A stretch of DNA of 64,000 nucleotides from Candidatus Hydrogenedentota bacterium (GTDB lineage Bacteria > Hydrogenedentota > Hydrogenedentia > Hydrogenedentales > SLHB01): NCBI GenBank assembly GCA_963668025.2, contig CAXXTH010000017.1, positions 1,312,001 through 1,376,000 of the forward strand, read 5' to 3'. The notes under the pieces were generated by a model, which was not told the origin of the DNA, ran no database searches, and worked only from the letters and a program-made list of their open reading frames with translations. Positions 48,079 to 57,228 of this stretch are shown here, piece after piece. A program made the position numbers and the translations under genes. Position 1 is the stretch's first letter. Each line of letters starts with the position of its first letter.

Positions 48079-48140
48079 CGCTGGGTGGGAGCTCTTCCCA
48101 CCCAGCGGTAATGCAAGCGTGTCCCTTCGGGACACCATTT
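48079..48140 (+). terminator. double hairpin after cassette B
   Basis: 12-bp perfect stem CGCTGGGTGGGA/TCCCACCCAGCG, then a GTGTCCC-TTCG-GGACAC hairpin and ATTTT. Confidence 0.55.
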
Positions 48141-48504
48141 TCAGATTATGTATCTGGGCGGTTTCTGCTTGTTTCCCAAATAATTACGTCTTTGTTCACA
48201 TTGTCATTCGTAATGCCAGCCCATTTTCTCCAAGTGGTCTTTTGTCTCGAATGGAAGATGCGCCACAACGGTAAACAGGTGAATTCATTCTATTAAAAAC
48301 GCCGCTTATTGTATAGTATTCAAAAAAAGCCTTTGTTTTGCGCCTATTACTTATCTCAGCGCAGTCGCGTTTTCTCTTCCGGCAGGATTGGAAAAGAGTC
48401 TGAACAAAATGTGGAGTACATTAAGAATTGTGAAGCATTTTTCGGAGGATGACTGGTGTTAGCTCCAAAAGGTTGATTCAGTGTTAAAATATGAAAAATT
48501 AAGC

Positions 48505-48533
48505 TTGACTTTTTCTATAATAAATACTATTAT
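48505..48533 (+). promoter_or_regulatory. sigma70-type promoter of the surface protein gene
   Basis: TTGACT-17-TATTAT in AT-rich DNA. Confidence 0.55.
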
Positions 48534-48854
48534 AATCAACAGAAATGTGATAGAAAACAACTCCTCGTGGCTTTAAGAGGGTGGCGAAAGACAGCGCTCA
48601 TGCAGTAGGGAGGAAAATGCAGGCAAAATTCTCTTTTCTTTTAGAAATACATCCATTTTGAATCGATAAGACAAATGGGTGGGGATGTTAAATATAACAT
48701 CATTTTAACAAATTTTGGTCTGGTTGTGGGGGCTGAATGAGACTCTTCGTTTCGGCTGTCGTGGAAGTAATGTGCTCGAGCCTATGCGATATGAACAAAC
48801 GAGAGATTAGGGCGGAGCAATAAAACGGAATCAGCAACTAGGAGGGCTTAAGTA

Positions 48855-50663
48855 ATGAAGTCTAGACACATGATGAGGGTAGGATTTCTCATGCTGTTGG
48901 CGGGCTTGCTGGCCACTTCAGCACAGGCGGCCATCGAATTTGATGCCGCATCGTCGATTCCAGTAGGCCAGACGGGAACAGCGGACACCAATGCCATTTC
49001 CTCCGCGACATGGCAGCATACAGTAGGAAGCGGGAGTGATCGATTGCTTGTGGTTGGTCTGAGCATCGAGCAGTATGGCGATACTCCGCCCGCGATCACC
49101 CCAAATGTTACTTCGGTGACGTATGGCGGGGCCGCGCTGACACGCATTGATGACGCATTCTCTACCACGCATAGCGAATTAAGTGATTACGTCCAAACGA
49201 CGGAGTTATGGTACTTGCTGTCTCCTGCGTCCGGCACGGCTAATGTAGCCGTTACACTGGAAGCGGCCACGGAGAATCTTATTGCTGGGGCGATCTCGCT
49301 GACGGGCGTAGCCCAACAAGGCCCCGAGGCGGCCGTAGGAAATTCTACTATTTTCTGGGCATGGGGGGCTGATCTGCCGTGGGTTTCATTCATCACTCCG
49401 GTGACGAACGGCGCGTGGATCATTGATCAAGTGGGTAGCAGTCTCGATTCGGAGTTTGTACCCCGGCCAGGCCATACCATGCGATGGGGAACGACTGCTG
49501 ACGGCAGTGGGGGCGCGGCGAGCACGCGGTATGTGCCGGAGGCGCGCAGCACCACGATGCATTGGTCCAGCAATAATGGCGTATGGTCGACACAGCTCAC
49601 TCATTCGTTAGCGGCTTTTGCTCCGACGGTTCCCGCTGTTGTTGAGGAGGAAGAGGAAATCGAAGTCGGCGGCGGAGTATCTCTCACGGATTTTGAAGGG
49701 CCGTGCGCGGGCGCGGACTGCGGCGACTGGCATGACGGTGATAACAATTTCACGACGACGACCGTTGAAAATGGATACTGCATTTTGCCGTCGGTTGGCT
49801 GGTCGCAAGAAGGCTTCTTCTTTAACCAAGCGACAGCAGATACGCCTCTTAGCGGAGATTTCTCGGTCGAGTGGTCCATCAACGTACAGAAGACCTATGA
49901 ATTCACAGGTTCCGCCAACCTCAATTGGCCCAATCACAATTACCTGGGGATGGGCATTGGCGGAGATACGTATATGGCATGGGTGCTCTGGGATATTCCA
50001 GCAGCCGGCTCCACTGGCGGCCTCTGTGCATCATTGGATCCTGTGAATGGCACGGTTTATTCCGCGGACGCCTTCACCAAAGACACCGTGACTTGGGTGA
50101 CTATTCGCTTGCTTCGCATAGGCTCTGAAGTCACCATTCAATACCGATTTGATGATTTGCCCTGGGTTACCATGAGCAAAGCTACCAACGCCAATTCCAA
50201 CGGGACGGTCACCAGTATACTGCTCGCGGGATTGGGCAATGGCAATCTGCAGAGTGTTTACGACAATTTGGTGGTAAGAGGCGCCAACATACAGACCTAT
50301 CCCGCCATGCCGGATACGAATGAGGGAGAGTCCATCACGTGCAATGTTACCGCTGATGATGTGGAACTAGGCGCGTATGTTTCGCTCTCCGCTCCGGCAA
50401 GCACGAGCTACCGCTGGTATAAGGATGGCCAGCCCATTGTGGGCCAGACGGGCCAGACGCTGGTCTTTGATTCCATTGATGAATCTGACCTTGGCACGTA
50501 TGTGTGCGCGTATGACAATGGTTCAGGCGCTATCGTGGCGACGCTTCCGTTGACGTTGAGTGTTGGCGGTGCTGGCAGTCTTCCAGCCGCGACGGTTGCC
50601 GGTATTTTATTGCTAACGGCATTGGCTGGTGTTGCCGGATTACGCTCACTCAAGAAAAACTAA
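48855..50663 (+). CDS. cell-surface protein: beta-sandwich, ConA-like and Ig domains with C-terminal LP-TM-basic sorting tail
   Basis: Signal peptide, GGAGG SD, Ig motif YRWYKDG...DLGTYVC, tail SLPAATVAGILLLTALAGVAGLRSLKKN. Confidence 0.75.
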   Translation: MKSRHMMRVGFLMLLAGLLATSAQAAIEFDAASSIPVGQTGTADTNAISSATWQHTVGSGSDRLLVVGLSIEQYGDTPPAITPNVTSVTYGGAALTRIDDAFSTTHSELSDYVQTTELWYLLSPASGTANVAVTLEAATENLIAGAISLTGVAQQGPEAAVGNSTIFWAWGADLPWVSFITPVTNGAWIIDQVGSSLDSEFVPRPGHTMRWGTTADGSGGAASTRYVPEARSTTMHWSSNNGVWSTQLTHSLAAFAPTVPAVVEEEEEIEVGGGVSLTDFEGPCAGADCGDWHDGDNNFTTTTVENGYCILPSVGWSQEGFFFNQATADTPLSGDFSVEWSINVQKTYEFTGSANLNWPNHNYLGMGIGGDTYMAWVLWDIPAAGSTGGLCASLDPVNGTVYSADAFTKDTVTWVTIRLLRIGSEVTIQYRFDDLPWVTMSKATNANSNGTVTSILLAGLGNGNLQSVYDNLVVRGANIQTYPAMPDTNEGESITCNVTADDVELGAYVSLSAPASTSYRWYKDGQPIVGQTGQTLVFDSIDESDLGTYVCAYDNGSGAIVATLPLTLSVGGAGSLPAATVAGILLLTALAGVAGLRSLKKN

Positions 50664-50689
50664 GAACAACCATATACAACTATATTTAG

Positions 50690-50728
50690 AAGGGCTGCTT
50701 GCCCGCCTGGCAGGCAGCCCTTGACTTT
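50690..50728 (+). terminator. terminator-like hairpin
   Basis: AAGGGCTGCTTGCC/GGCAGGCAGCCCTT stem. Confidence 0.6.
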
Positions 50729-50805
50729 AGGGCATGATTACGTTATGCCATACGTTTATATCAGGCTCCAGGCGATAACTATAATGAAGTTGAAAGAGAA
50801 CACTT

Positions 50806-52032
50806 ATGCAATCACCCACATCCACGCCCAATCGATGGACGGTTGCCCTCGCGGGAGCCGCCGCCATGTTCATTCTGGGAACGATTTACGCCTGGAGCAC
50901 GTTCAAGAATCCACTGATGGCCGCGCATGGCTGGTCCGGTGCGGAAGTGGGCCTCACCTTCACCCTCACGGTTGTTTTCCAAACTTTGGCATGCGCCTTT
51001 GGAGGACGGTTTGTCGATAAGGCCGGGGCGCGTTCCGTGGTCAGGCTTTCCGCAATTCTATTTGGCGCGGGCACCATGCTCGCGGGTGTCGCGGATATGT
51101 CCTCGAGCAAATGGCTGTTATGGTTGAGCTATGGCGTGATTGCCGGGATTGGAAATGGCTTAGGATATATCACGCCCATTGCGGTGCTGGTCCGCTGGTT
51201 TCCCGACAAACGCGGTCTTGTCACTGGTTTGGCTATCATGTCATTCGGGCTGGGTGGAGCGCTCATGGGCCAGGCCTCTCCGTTGATGATCATTCATTTT
51301 GGAGTCGCCAGCACGTTTTATATCGTAGGAGCTGTTTTTCTAGTGGTATTGTTGCTGGCCGCGCAGCGTATTGAAAATCCGCCCGCCGGATATTCGATTT
51401 CTTACCTCGCGAATGCGAATCAACCAGCTCATTTTCCAGTTTCCGTCAATCTCCCTCATGCGCTCGGAATGAACCAATTTTACCTGTTATGGGTGGTGCT
51501 GTTTTTGAATGCTGCCGCTGGGATTGCCTTGATTAGCAATCTTTCGCCCATGGCCCAGCGGCAGGTGGGTTTGAGCACAGTGACTGCCGGGAGCCTGCTT
51601 CTCGTGGGTGCGCTGTTCAATGGCTTGGGGCGGATTTGCTGTGCGGCGTTATCGGATCGGCTGGGCAGAAAACCGGCCTTCATGCTCATCATCATCTTGC
51701 AAATACCCGCATTATCTTTCCTTTCACATGTGACATCACCCTGGGTGTTTGGCGCATTGGCCTGTTCTGTCCTGTTCTGTTACGGCGGAGGATTCGCGAT
51801 CATGCCCTCTTTCGCGACAGAAACATTTGGGCCTCAATTCATCGGAAGCATATATGGCAAGATACTGCTGGCTTCGGGTGCGGCAAGTGTGGCCGGGCCG
51901 ATGCTCATGGAAATGGTGAATGCTTCCTCGGGCAGTTTCGCCATGGCATTCGGAATCGCCGTGGGCGGGCTCATTATTGGATTTGTGCTGACTACCTTAT
52001 ATCGGAAGCCAAACCTTTCTCCTATCGTATGA
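50806..52032 (+). CDS. OFA (oxalate:formate antiporter) family MFS transporter
   Basis: YAWSTF, GLGYITPI..LVRWFPDKRGL.TG, NGLGR, SDRLGRK, YGGGF..MP. Confidence 0.9.
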   Translation: MQSPTSTPNRWTVALAGAAAMFILGTIYAWSTFKNPLMAAHGWSGAEVGLTFTLTVVFQTLACAFGGRFVDKAGARSVVRLSAILFGAGTMLAGVADMSSSKWLLWLSYGVIAGIGNGLGYITPIAVLVRWFPDKRGLVTGLAIMSFGLGGALMGQASPLMIIHFGVASTFYIVGAVFLVVLLLAAQRIENPPAGYSISYLANANQPAHFPVSVNLPHALGMNQFYLLWVVLFLNAAAGIALISNLSPMAQRQVGLSTVTAGSLLLVGALFNGLGRICCAALSDRLGRKPAFMLIIILQIPALSFLSHVTSPWVFGALACSVLFCYGGGFAIMPSFATETFGPQFIGSIYGKILLASGAASVAGPMLMEMVNASSGSFAMAFGIAVGGLIIGFVLTTLYRKPNLSPIV

Positions 52033-52052
52033 AGGCCTTGTGCGGCTCAACG

Positions 52053-53027
52053 CTAACCAGCGTGCTGCGCGCGAAAGGTGTCCAGGGCATTTTGGAAATC
52101 AACGGGCAAGGGCGCGGTAAAAACCATTTGCTCGCCCGTGGTGGGATGCTCGAAGCCCAGTCGCTCCGCGTGAAGCGCTTGGCCGTTGAGTTCCCCGAGA
52201 GCGGCCTTTATCTCCTCCGATACGGCCATGAATGCGTAGTCGGTAACCCCGTAGACGGGATCGCCAAGGACGGAATGGCCCGCGAAACGCAGATGAACCC
52301 GGATCTGGTGCGTGCGGCCCGTCTCGAGCCGCAAAGCGATGAGCGACGCCGCGTCAAAGCGTTCCAGCACTTCAAATCGTGTCACGGCCTCCCGTCCATG
52401 GACGCCCGTCACGGACATGCGCTTGCGGTCCACCATGCTGCGGCCCACATTCGCCACGATGCGCCCGGTATTCTCCTCGAATTCTCCCCGCACCAGGGCC
52501 AGGTATCGCCGGTCGAAGGTATGCTCGCGCGCCTGTTCTGCGAGTTTGAGGAACGCCCGTGGAGTCTTGGCCACTACGAGTACGCCCGATGTGTCGCGAT
52601 CAAGGCGGTGGACGATGCCGGGGCGGTCGGGATGGCTTCCCGAACGTTGAAAATCGGTGCAATGAAATAGCAAGGCATGAACCAGCGTGCCTGCGTAATG
52701 CCCTGGCGCGGGATGCACCACCAGCCCGGATTGCTTGTTCACCACCACGACATCGGCGTCTTGGTAGAGAATATCGAGTGGTATATCTTCCGGCACGAGG
52801 TCCGTGGCGGGCGGCGGCGGCAGTTCGGTTGCGACAGCGTCGCCTACAGCCAGTATGCGTGCCGGGCGTGTGCAGGGCTGGCCGTTCAACAGGACACGGC
52901 CCTCCTTGATGAGCTTTTTCACGAATGAGCGCGAGGCGTCCTCGAGCTGGCCCGCCAGATACACATCCAGCCTAAGCCCCTCGTGTTCCTCGGTGGCTAT
53001 ATCTTCATATGTGGTTTCGCTCATCAT
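52053..53027 (-). CDS. rluD: RluA/RluD-family 23S rRNA pseudouridine synthase with S4 domain
   Basis: RLDVYL S4 domain, NKQSGLVVHP, HRLDRDTSG, GRTHQIRVH, QALHA. Confidence 0.88.
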   Translation of the reverse strand: MMSETTYEDIATEEHEGLRLDVYLAGQLEDASRSFVKKLIKEGRVLLNGQPCTRPARILAVGDAVATELPPPPATDLVPEDIPLDILYQDADVVVVNKQSGLVVHPAPGHYAGTLVHALLFHCTDFQRSGSHPDRPGIVHRLDRDTSGVLVVAKTPRAFLKLAEQAREHTFDRRYLALVRGEFEENTGRIVANVGRSMVDRKRMSVTGVHGREAVTRFEVLERFDAASLIALRLETGRTHQIRVHLRFAGHSVLGDPVYGVTDYAFMAVSEEIKAALGELNGQALHAERLGFEHPTTGEQMVFTAPLPVDFQNALDTFRAQHAG

Positions 53028-53073
53028 GCAATCCTCGTTTGGGTGGCTGCAAACTATCTCCATATACACCATA

Positions 53074-53137
53074 GCCTCAGAAAGCACAAGAGACACAAGA
53101 GCCATGTTTCTTGTGTCTTCTTGTGTTTTTTTGTGGC
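53074..53137. repeat. imperfect palindrome built from CACAAGA units
   Basis: GCCTCAGAAAGCACAAGAGACACAAGA...TCTTGTGTCTTCTTGTGTTTTTTTGTGGC. Confidence 0.65.
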
Positions 53138-53146
53138 AGCTAAATA

Positions 53147-54679
53147 TTATTCCAGTAATTTCGCCACGCGCTTGAATCCCGGGGCCAGCGCCTTGTAGGC
53201 CTCCTGGTATTCATGGAACCAGTTGTCGTATTCGGCGGCGCGTTTGCTATCGGGTTCGCAAGAATCGACGACGCGGATAGTGGCGTCGCAGGCTTGCTCG
53301 ATGGAGCCATACATCCCCGCCGCTACGGAGGCCAGCAGCGCCGCGCCAAACGATGGGCCTTCGTCTACGTTGATGGTCACTAGCGGCGCCTTGTTCACAT
53401 CCGCCTGAATTTGCCGCCAGAAGGCGCTCTTGGCCCCGCCGCCCGAAGCCCGCACTTGCGTGACCGGCACGCCGATCTTCCGCATGATATCCAGGCAGTC
53501 GCGCATGCCGAAGGCCACCCCTTCGAGAACCGCGCGCGCCATATGGGCTTTTGTGTGCCGCAGGGAAATGCCCACAAACGCGCCCTTCGCGAAGGGGTCT
53601 TTATGGGGCGTGCGTTCGCCCGTGAGATACGGCAGGAATGTCAATCCTTCCGAGCCTGCTTGAACCGTGGCCGCCGCCGCAGTGATATATTCGTACGGAT
53701 CGCGGCCCGTCTCAGAAGCGACGGCCTTTTCCGGCTGGCACACCGCGTCGCGATACCACCGCAGCGAGCCGCCCGCACTCATAACCACGCCCATGACATG
53801 CCATTTGCCCGGCACGGAGTGGCAAAACGATTGCACGCTGCCTCGGTCTTCCATCGTGATGTTTTCGGAGAACGCGAACACGACGCCGCTCGTGCCTATG
53901 GTGGATGAGATGACGCCGGGCTTCACGACGCCGCAGCCGATGCCGCCCGCCGCTTGATCGCCGCCGCCCGCGATGACCGGGATGCCCGCCGGGAGGCCCG
54001 TTTTCTTCGCAGCTTCGGCGCTGAGCGCCCCCGTGATTTCCGGGCCTTCATACGATTTTGGCATTAACTCAGGGTCAATGCCCAGAAGAGACATCAAGTC
54101 TTTGTTCCAGCAGCGTTTGCGCACATCGAACAACAGAGTGCCCGAAGCGTCCGCCACATCTGTGGCGTATTCGCCAGTCAGCACAAAGCGAATGTAATCC
54201 TTCGGCAGGAGCACCTTGCGGCATTTCTCATATAAGGCCGCTTCGTTGTCGCGAACCCAGAGCATTTTCGAGGCCGTGAAGCTCGTGAGAGCCGGATTGC
54301 ACGCCATGTCGATGAGCTTCGCTTCGCCGCCCGCCTTTTCGGTGATATATTCGCATTGGGCGGCCGTTCGGGCGTCGCACCAGAGAAGGGCGTTCCGCAA
54401 CACGTTGCCCTCTTTATCGAGCATCGTGCAGCCATGCATCTGTCCAGTCAGGCCCAGGCCTTTCACTTCCGCCGCGCGCGGCCCCAATTCTGCGGCCAGT
54501 TTCGACAGCGCGGCGAAAGCCGCTTGCTTCCAATCGGCGGGAGCTTGCTCGGCCCATCCGGGCTTGGGCGTATGAAGCGGGTATTCATATAAAGCAGAGG
54601 CCAGCACGGCCCCAGATGCGTCAATGGCGACCGCTTTAGTGCCGCTGGTGCCGATGTCCATGCCGAGTATAATGCTCAT
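53147..54679 (-). CDS. xylB: xylulokinase
   Basis: GMDIGTSGTK, GLTGQMHG, LPKDYIR, GGGDQAA, GTSGV, PYLTGERTP. Confidence 0.9.
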   Translation of the reverse strand: MSIILGMDIGTSGTKAVAIDASGAVLASALYEYPLHTPKPGWAEQAPADWKQAAFAALSKLAAELGPRAAEVKGLGLTGQMHGCTMLDKEGNVLRNALLWCDARTAAQCEYITEKAGGEAKLIDMACNPALTSFTASKMLWVRDNEAALYEKCRKVLLPKDYIRFVLTGEYATDVADASGTLLFDVRKRCWNKDLMSLLGIDPELMPKSYEGPEITGALSAEAAKKTGLPAGIPVIAGGGDQAAGGIGCGVVKPGVISSTIGTSGVVFAFSENITMEDRGSVQSFCHSVPGKWHVMGVVMSAGGSLRWYRDAVCQPEKAVASETGRDPYEYITAAAATVQAGSEGLTFLPYLTGERTPHKDPFAKGAFVGISLRHTKAHMARAVLEGVAFGMRDCLDIMRKIGVPVTQVRASGGGAKSAFWRQIQADVNKAPLVTINVDEGPSFGAALLASVAAGMYGSIEQACDATIRVVDSCEPDSKRAAEYDNWFHEYQEAYKALAPGFKRVAKLLE

Positions 54680-54732
54680 AGCGTATTCCTCCCTATAAAT
54701 ATAAGATTTTCTGCTATTTATCCTTTATATAC

Positions 54733-55788
54733 TTATACAATGGGATAATTATACGCCCAAGTACCATGCTCTAGAGCATGATGAAATTCCTCAAATGTAT
54801 CAAAAACAAGCACACGAGTGCTTTTTGTGAAACCGCGTTGAAAAATAGACCGTGTTCGCTTTCTTGCTTCATGATCAGGATTAACTATAGTTATACGACA
54901 AAGGGATTCTTTTTTAAGGCAAACTCGGAAAAGAGATGATGCATGTATATCTGTCTGAGGGAATGAATATCCAATAATCAATATATCTGTGGCTTTATAA
55001 ATCTCATTTGCTGCTTTTTTCCAAAGAAGCCCAAAAACGCCTTCATCGAATCTTTTATTTGGTACAGGTGGAATTATCATTATTTGGTCTATTTTTTTTT
55101 CAGGATATGGTTCTGGGCTCAATTGAATAATTTTTCCATCGTCAGATCGAAAATGCATTGAACCATGTAATTTAAACAAAAGAATAGTGTTGTCTTTTTG
55201 GGAGGGATTAGTAGCGTTTGTATGGTTCCAATTTTCTTCTCCTTGAAGCTTGCTGTTCCTTCCCTTAGGAAGAGGCAAGCAATATCCATACCGCGAATAC
55301 CATTTATCATATCCATTACGTTTCAACGCTTCATCGACGAGGCAATCATAATTAAGGCTGATTATAACATCATGGTGTTGAAGGCATCTGATTAATTCAT
55401 TATGATATATACACGGCTTCATTTCAGAGTTATTAGTATGATCAATGAGCGATTCACGAAGAACCGCAGCAACGGAACTGACCAAATTTTTACGCATTGA
55501 TAAAAGTCTTTTTGTTGAAAGCAGACCTTCTTTATGAGTTGTTTCCACAATTCTTAGTGTGTTTTCTATCGTTGAAAATGCATCTTCCATTGTCACTCGA
55601 AAATTGTGCCCAAACAATTCCACCATATCTGTTATGATGTCATTAATTATGTCATTATACACTTTACTATTAATTCTTTGGAGTTGAGTGAAGAAATCAC
55701 TATCTAGTGGAGGCAAACATATTCCAGGTTTTTCATTCACAAAGCTCGCTCCGCGTGTAGCTCCTGCGCCTAACACAACAAGCAGCAT
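54733..55788 (-). CDS. SIR2-like (SIR2_2) domain protein, low GC, candidate anti-phage NADase
   Basis: VLGAGA, SLNYD, KLHGS, IIPP, IGYSFP..D motifs; AAGGAGG SD; markedly AT-rich compared with its flanks. Confidence 0.8.
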   Translation of the reverse strand: MLLVVLGAGATRGASFVNEKPGICLPPLDSDFFTQLQRINSKVYNDIINDIITDMVELFGHNFRVTMEDAFSTIENTLRIVETTHKEGLLSTKRLLSMRKNLVSSVAAVLRESLIDHTNNSEMKPCIYHNELIRCLQHHDVIISLNYDCLVDEALKRNGYDKWYSRYGYCLPLPKGRNSKLQGEENWNHTNATNPSQKDNTILLFKLHGSMHFRSDDGKIIQLSPEPYPEKKIDQIMIIPPVPNKRFDEGVFGLLWKKAANEIYKATDILIIGYSFPQTDIHASSLFRVCLKKESLCRITIVNPDHEARKRTRSIFQRGFTKSTRVLVFDTFEEFHHALEHGTWAYNYPIV

Positions 55789-56087
55789 TGAATGATCCTC
55801 CTTGTTTTTTGTTTTTGTGCCTAAATACTTCTTGAAACTATACTTAGTACCTTAAAGCTTCGAAGCTGTAAAGCAGAAGCTGTAAAGAACAACAAGAAGT
55901 TGCGGCACCAATAGTGCTTGCAGATTGTAATTCTCCTTAAATCAATAGCTTAGCCTTGTTGACAGAACTACTAAAACTGCGGCAAATATTGGGTTCAAAG
56001 CCCACGTCAGGAAATATTTACAGTATGAAAGCATAAGCAATGAGATTTTGTATCGTACTTCGATTACCAAATTTCTTGCTCTTAATA

Positions 56088-56124
56088 ACAAACGGCAGGG
56101 CTGCTAGATTAGCCAGCCCTGCCG
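56088..56124 (-). terminator. rpsU terminator
   Basis: 11-bp stem CGGCAGGGCTG/CAGCCCTGCCG followed by TTTGTT on the minus strand. Confidence 0.75.
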
Positions 56125-56149
56125 GAAATTTTCATGCTTTGCAACAGGA

Positions 56150-56350
56150 TTAATCCCGCGAAGTGCCTGTATTAATGGCATGGTTGCGTGCAATCGCTTT
56201 TGCTAATTTACGCCGGCGTTTTTCACTCGGCTTCTCGTAATGCTTCATTTCCTTGAGGCGCTGCATCAAGCCTTCCTTGTTGCACTTCTTCTTGAAACGG
56301 CGCAACGCCTTTTCAAAAGGCTCATCGGATTTGACTCGAACTTTTGTCAA
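56150..56350 (-). CDS. rpsU: 30S ribosomal protein S21
   Basis: EPFEKALRRFKK, HYEKPSEKRRRK; TTG start with GGGAGG SD. Confidence 0.96.
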   Translation of the reverse strand: MTKVRVKSDEPFEKALRRFKKKCNKEGLMQRLKEMKHYEKPSEKRRRKLAKAIARNHAINTGTSRD

Positions 56351-56688
56351 GCGGATCCAACCTCCCCTCTTAACGCCGCATTCGCGGCTGAGATTTTTCG
56401 CCCATGCGCAGTAAGCAAGACACTTTCCTTGCGTGAGATATACCCGAAGAAAACCGCTTTGCCCGAATCATGGAACCGCTGGGTATAGTATCAAGCGGCG
56501 GGTGAGCATGTCAATATTTCTTTTCACGGCTTGGGTGCTGGTGAAGGCCGGAGTGATAGGCTGCGTAATGCCATGATATGCCCCGAAATCTTGTTCAGGG
56601 GCTAAGATTGACAAGGAACCTAGGGGATCCTACAATATCCCTGGATATAATAAGGAGCCGCCGTCTAGTTCGGCGGCAGGAGTGGTGT

Positions 56689-57150
56689 ATGAAACAGGCG
56701 TTGATAAAGCTCGTGGACGCTATCCTCAAGCAAATGGAAGAACAGCCCGAGTCGATGCAGACCGAGAGCGGAATACGTACGTGGTTGACGCAAGCGGGCT
56801 TCAATAAACGAGATATCGAGGATGTGCTGAAGCTGGTGCGCCCGCGTTTTGTGCATCGTTCCCCGGTGCTGGCTGGCAATGGACGCCTGGCCGTGCGTGC
56901 GTTGTCGTACTACGAGGCCTACAAGCTTTCACCCGAGGCGCGTGATGCGCTGGTCCGCCTCGAGCTTTCTGGACTTATTGACGCTTATGAACGCGAGATG
57001 ATCTTAGAACGGCTGAACCATGTCGAAGGGGAAGCCGGAATGGATGAACTCGATTACATCCTTTCTTGGGTAGTCGCGGGCACGCGCGATTACGAGACCC
57101 AGCGGACCTTGTATAACGTCTTTGAGGGCCAAGGGGATACGTATCACTAA
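56689..57150 (+). CDS. DUF494 (Smg-like) protein
   Basis: L.QAGF...DIE, R...E..KLS.EAR..L..LE..G.I....RE.ILER pattern; position directly before topA. Confidence 0.75.
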   Translation: MKQALIKLVDAILKQMEEQPESMQTESGIRTWLTQAGFNKRDIEDVLKLVRPRFVHRSPVLAGNGRLAVRALSYYEAYKLSPEARDALVRLELSGLIDAYEREMILERLNHVEGEAGMDELDYILSWVVAGTRDYETQRTLYNVFEGQGDTYH

Positions 57151-57228
57151 CCGTTCCCTGCGGCCTCGGTCCGGCGCCCGTCCCGAGTTGGGGCGAGGCG
57201 TCGTTGTGTTCCTAAAGGAGCCTTTTTC

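Noticed and set aside
48540-48850. c-di-GMP or other known riboswitch in the long leader
   Set aside because: GGCAAA and GAAA words are present but the required paired elements and spacing are missing.
55991-56003. GGGTTCAAAGCCC as a tRNA T-arm fragment or attR copy of tRNA-Ala
   Set aside because: Only a 3-bp stem, a non-canonical loop and no match to the tRNA-Ala 3' end.
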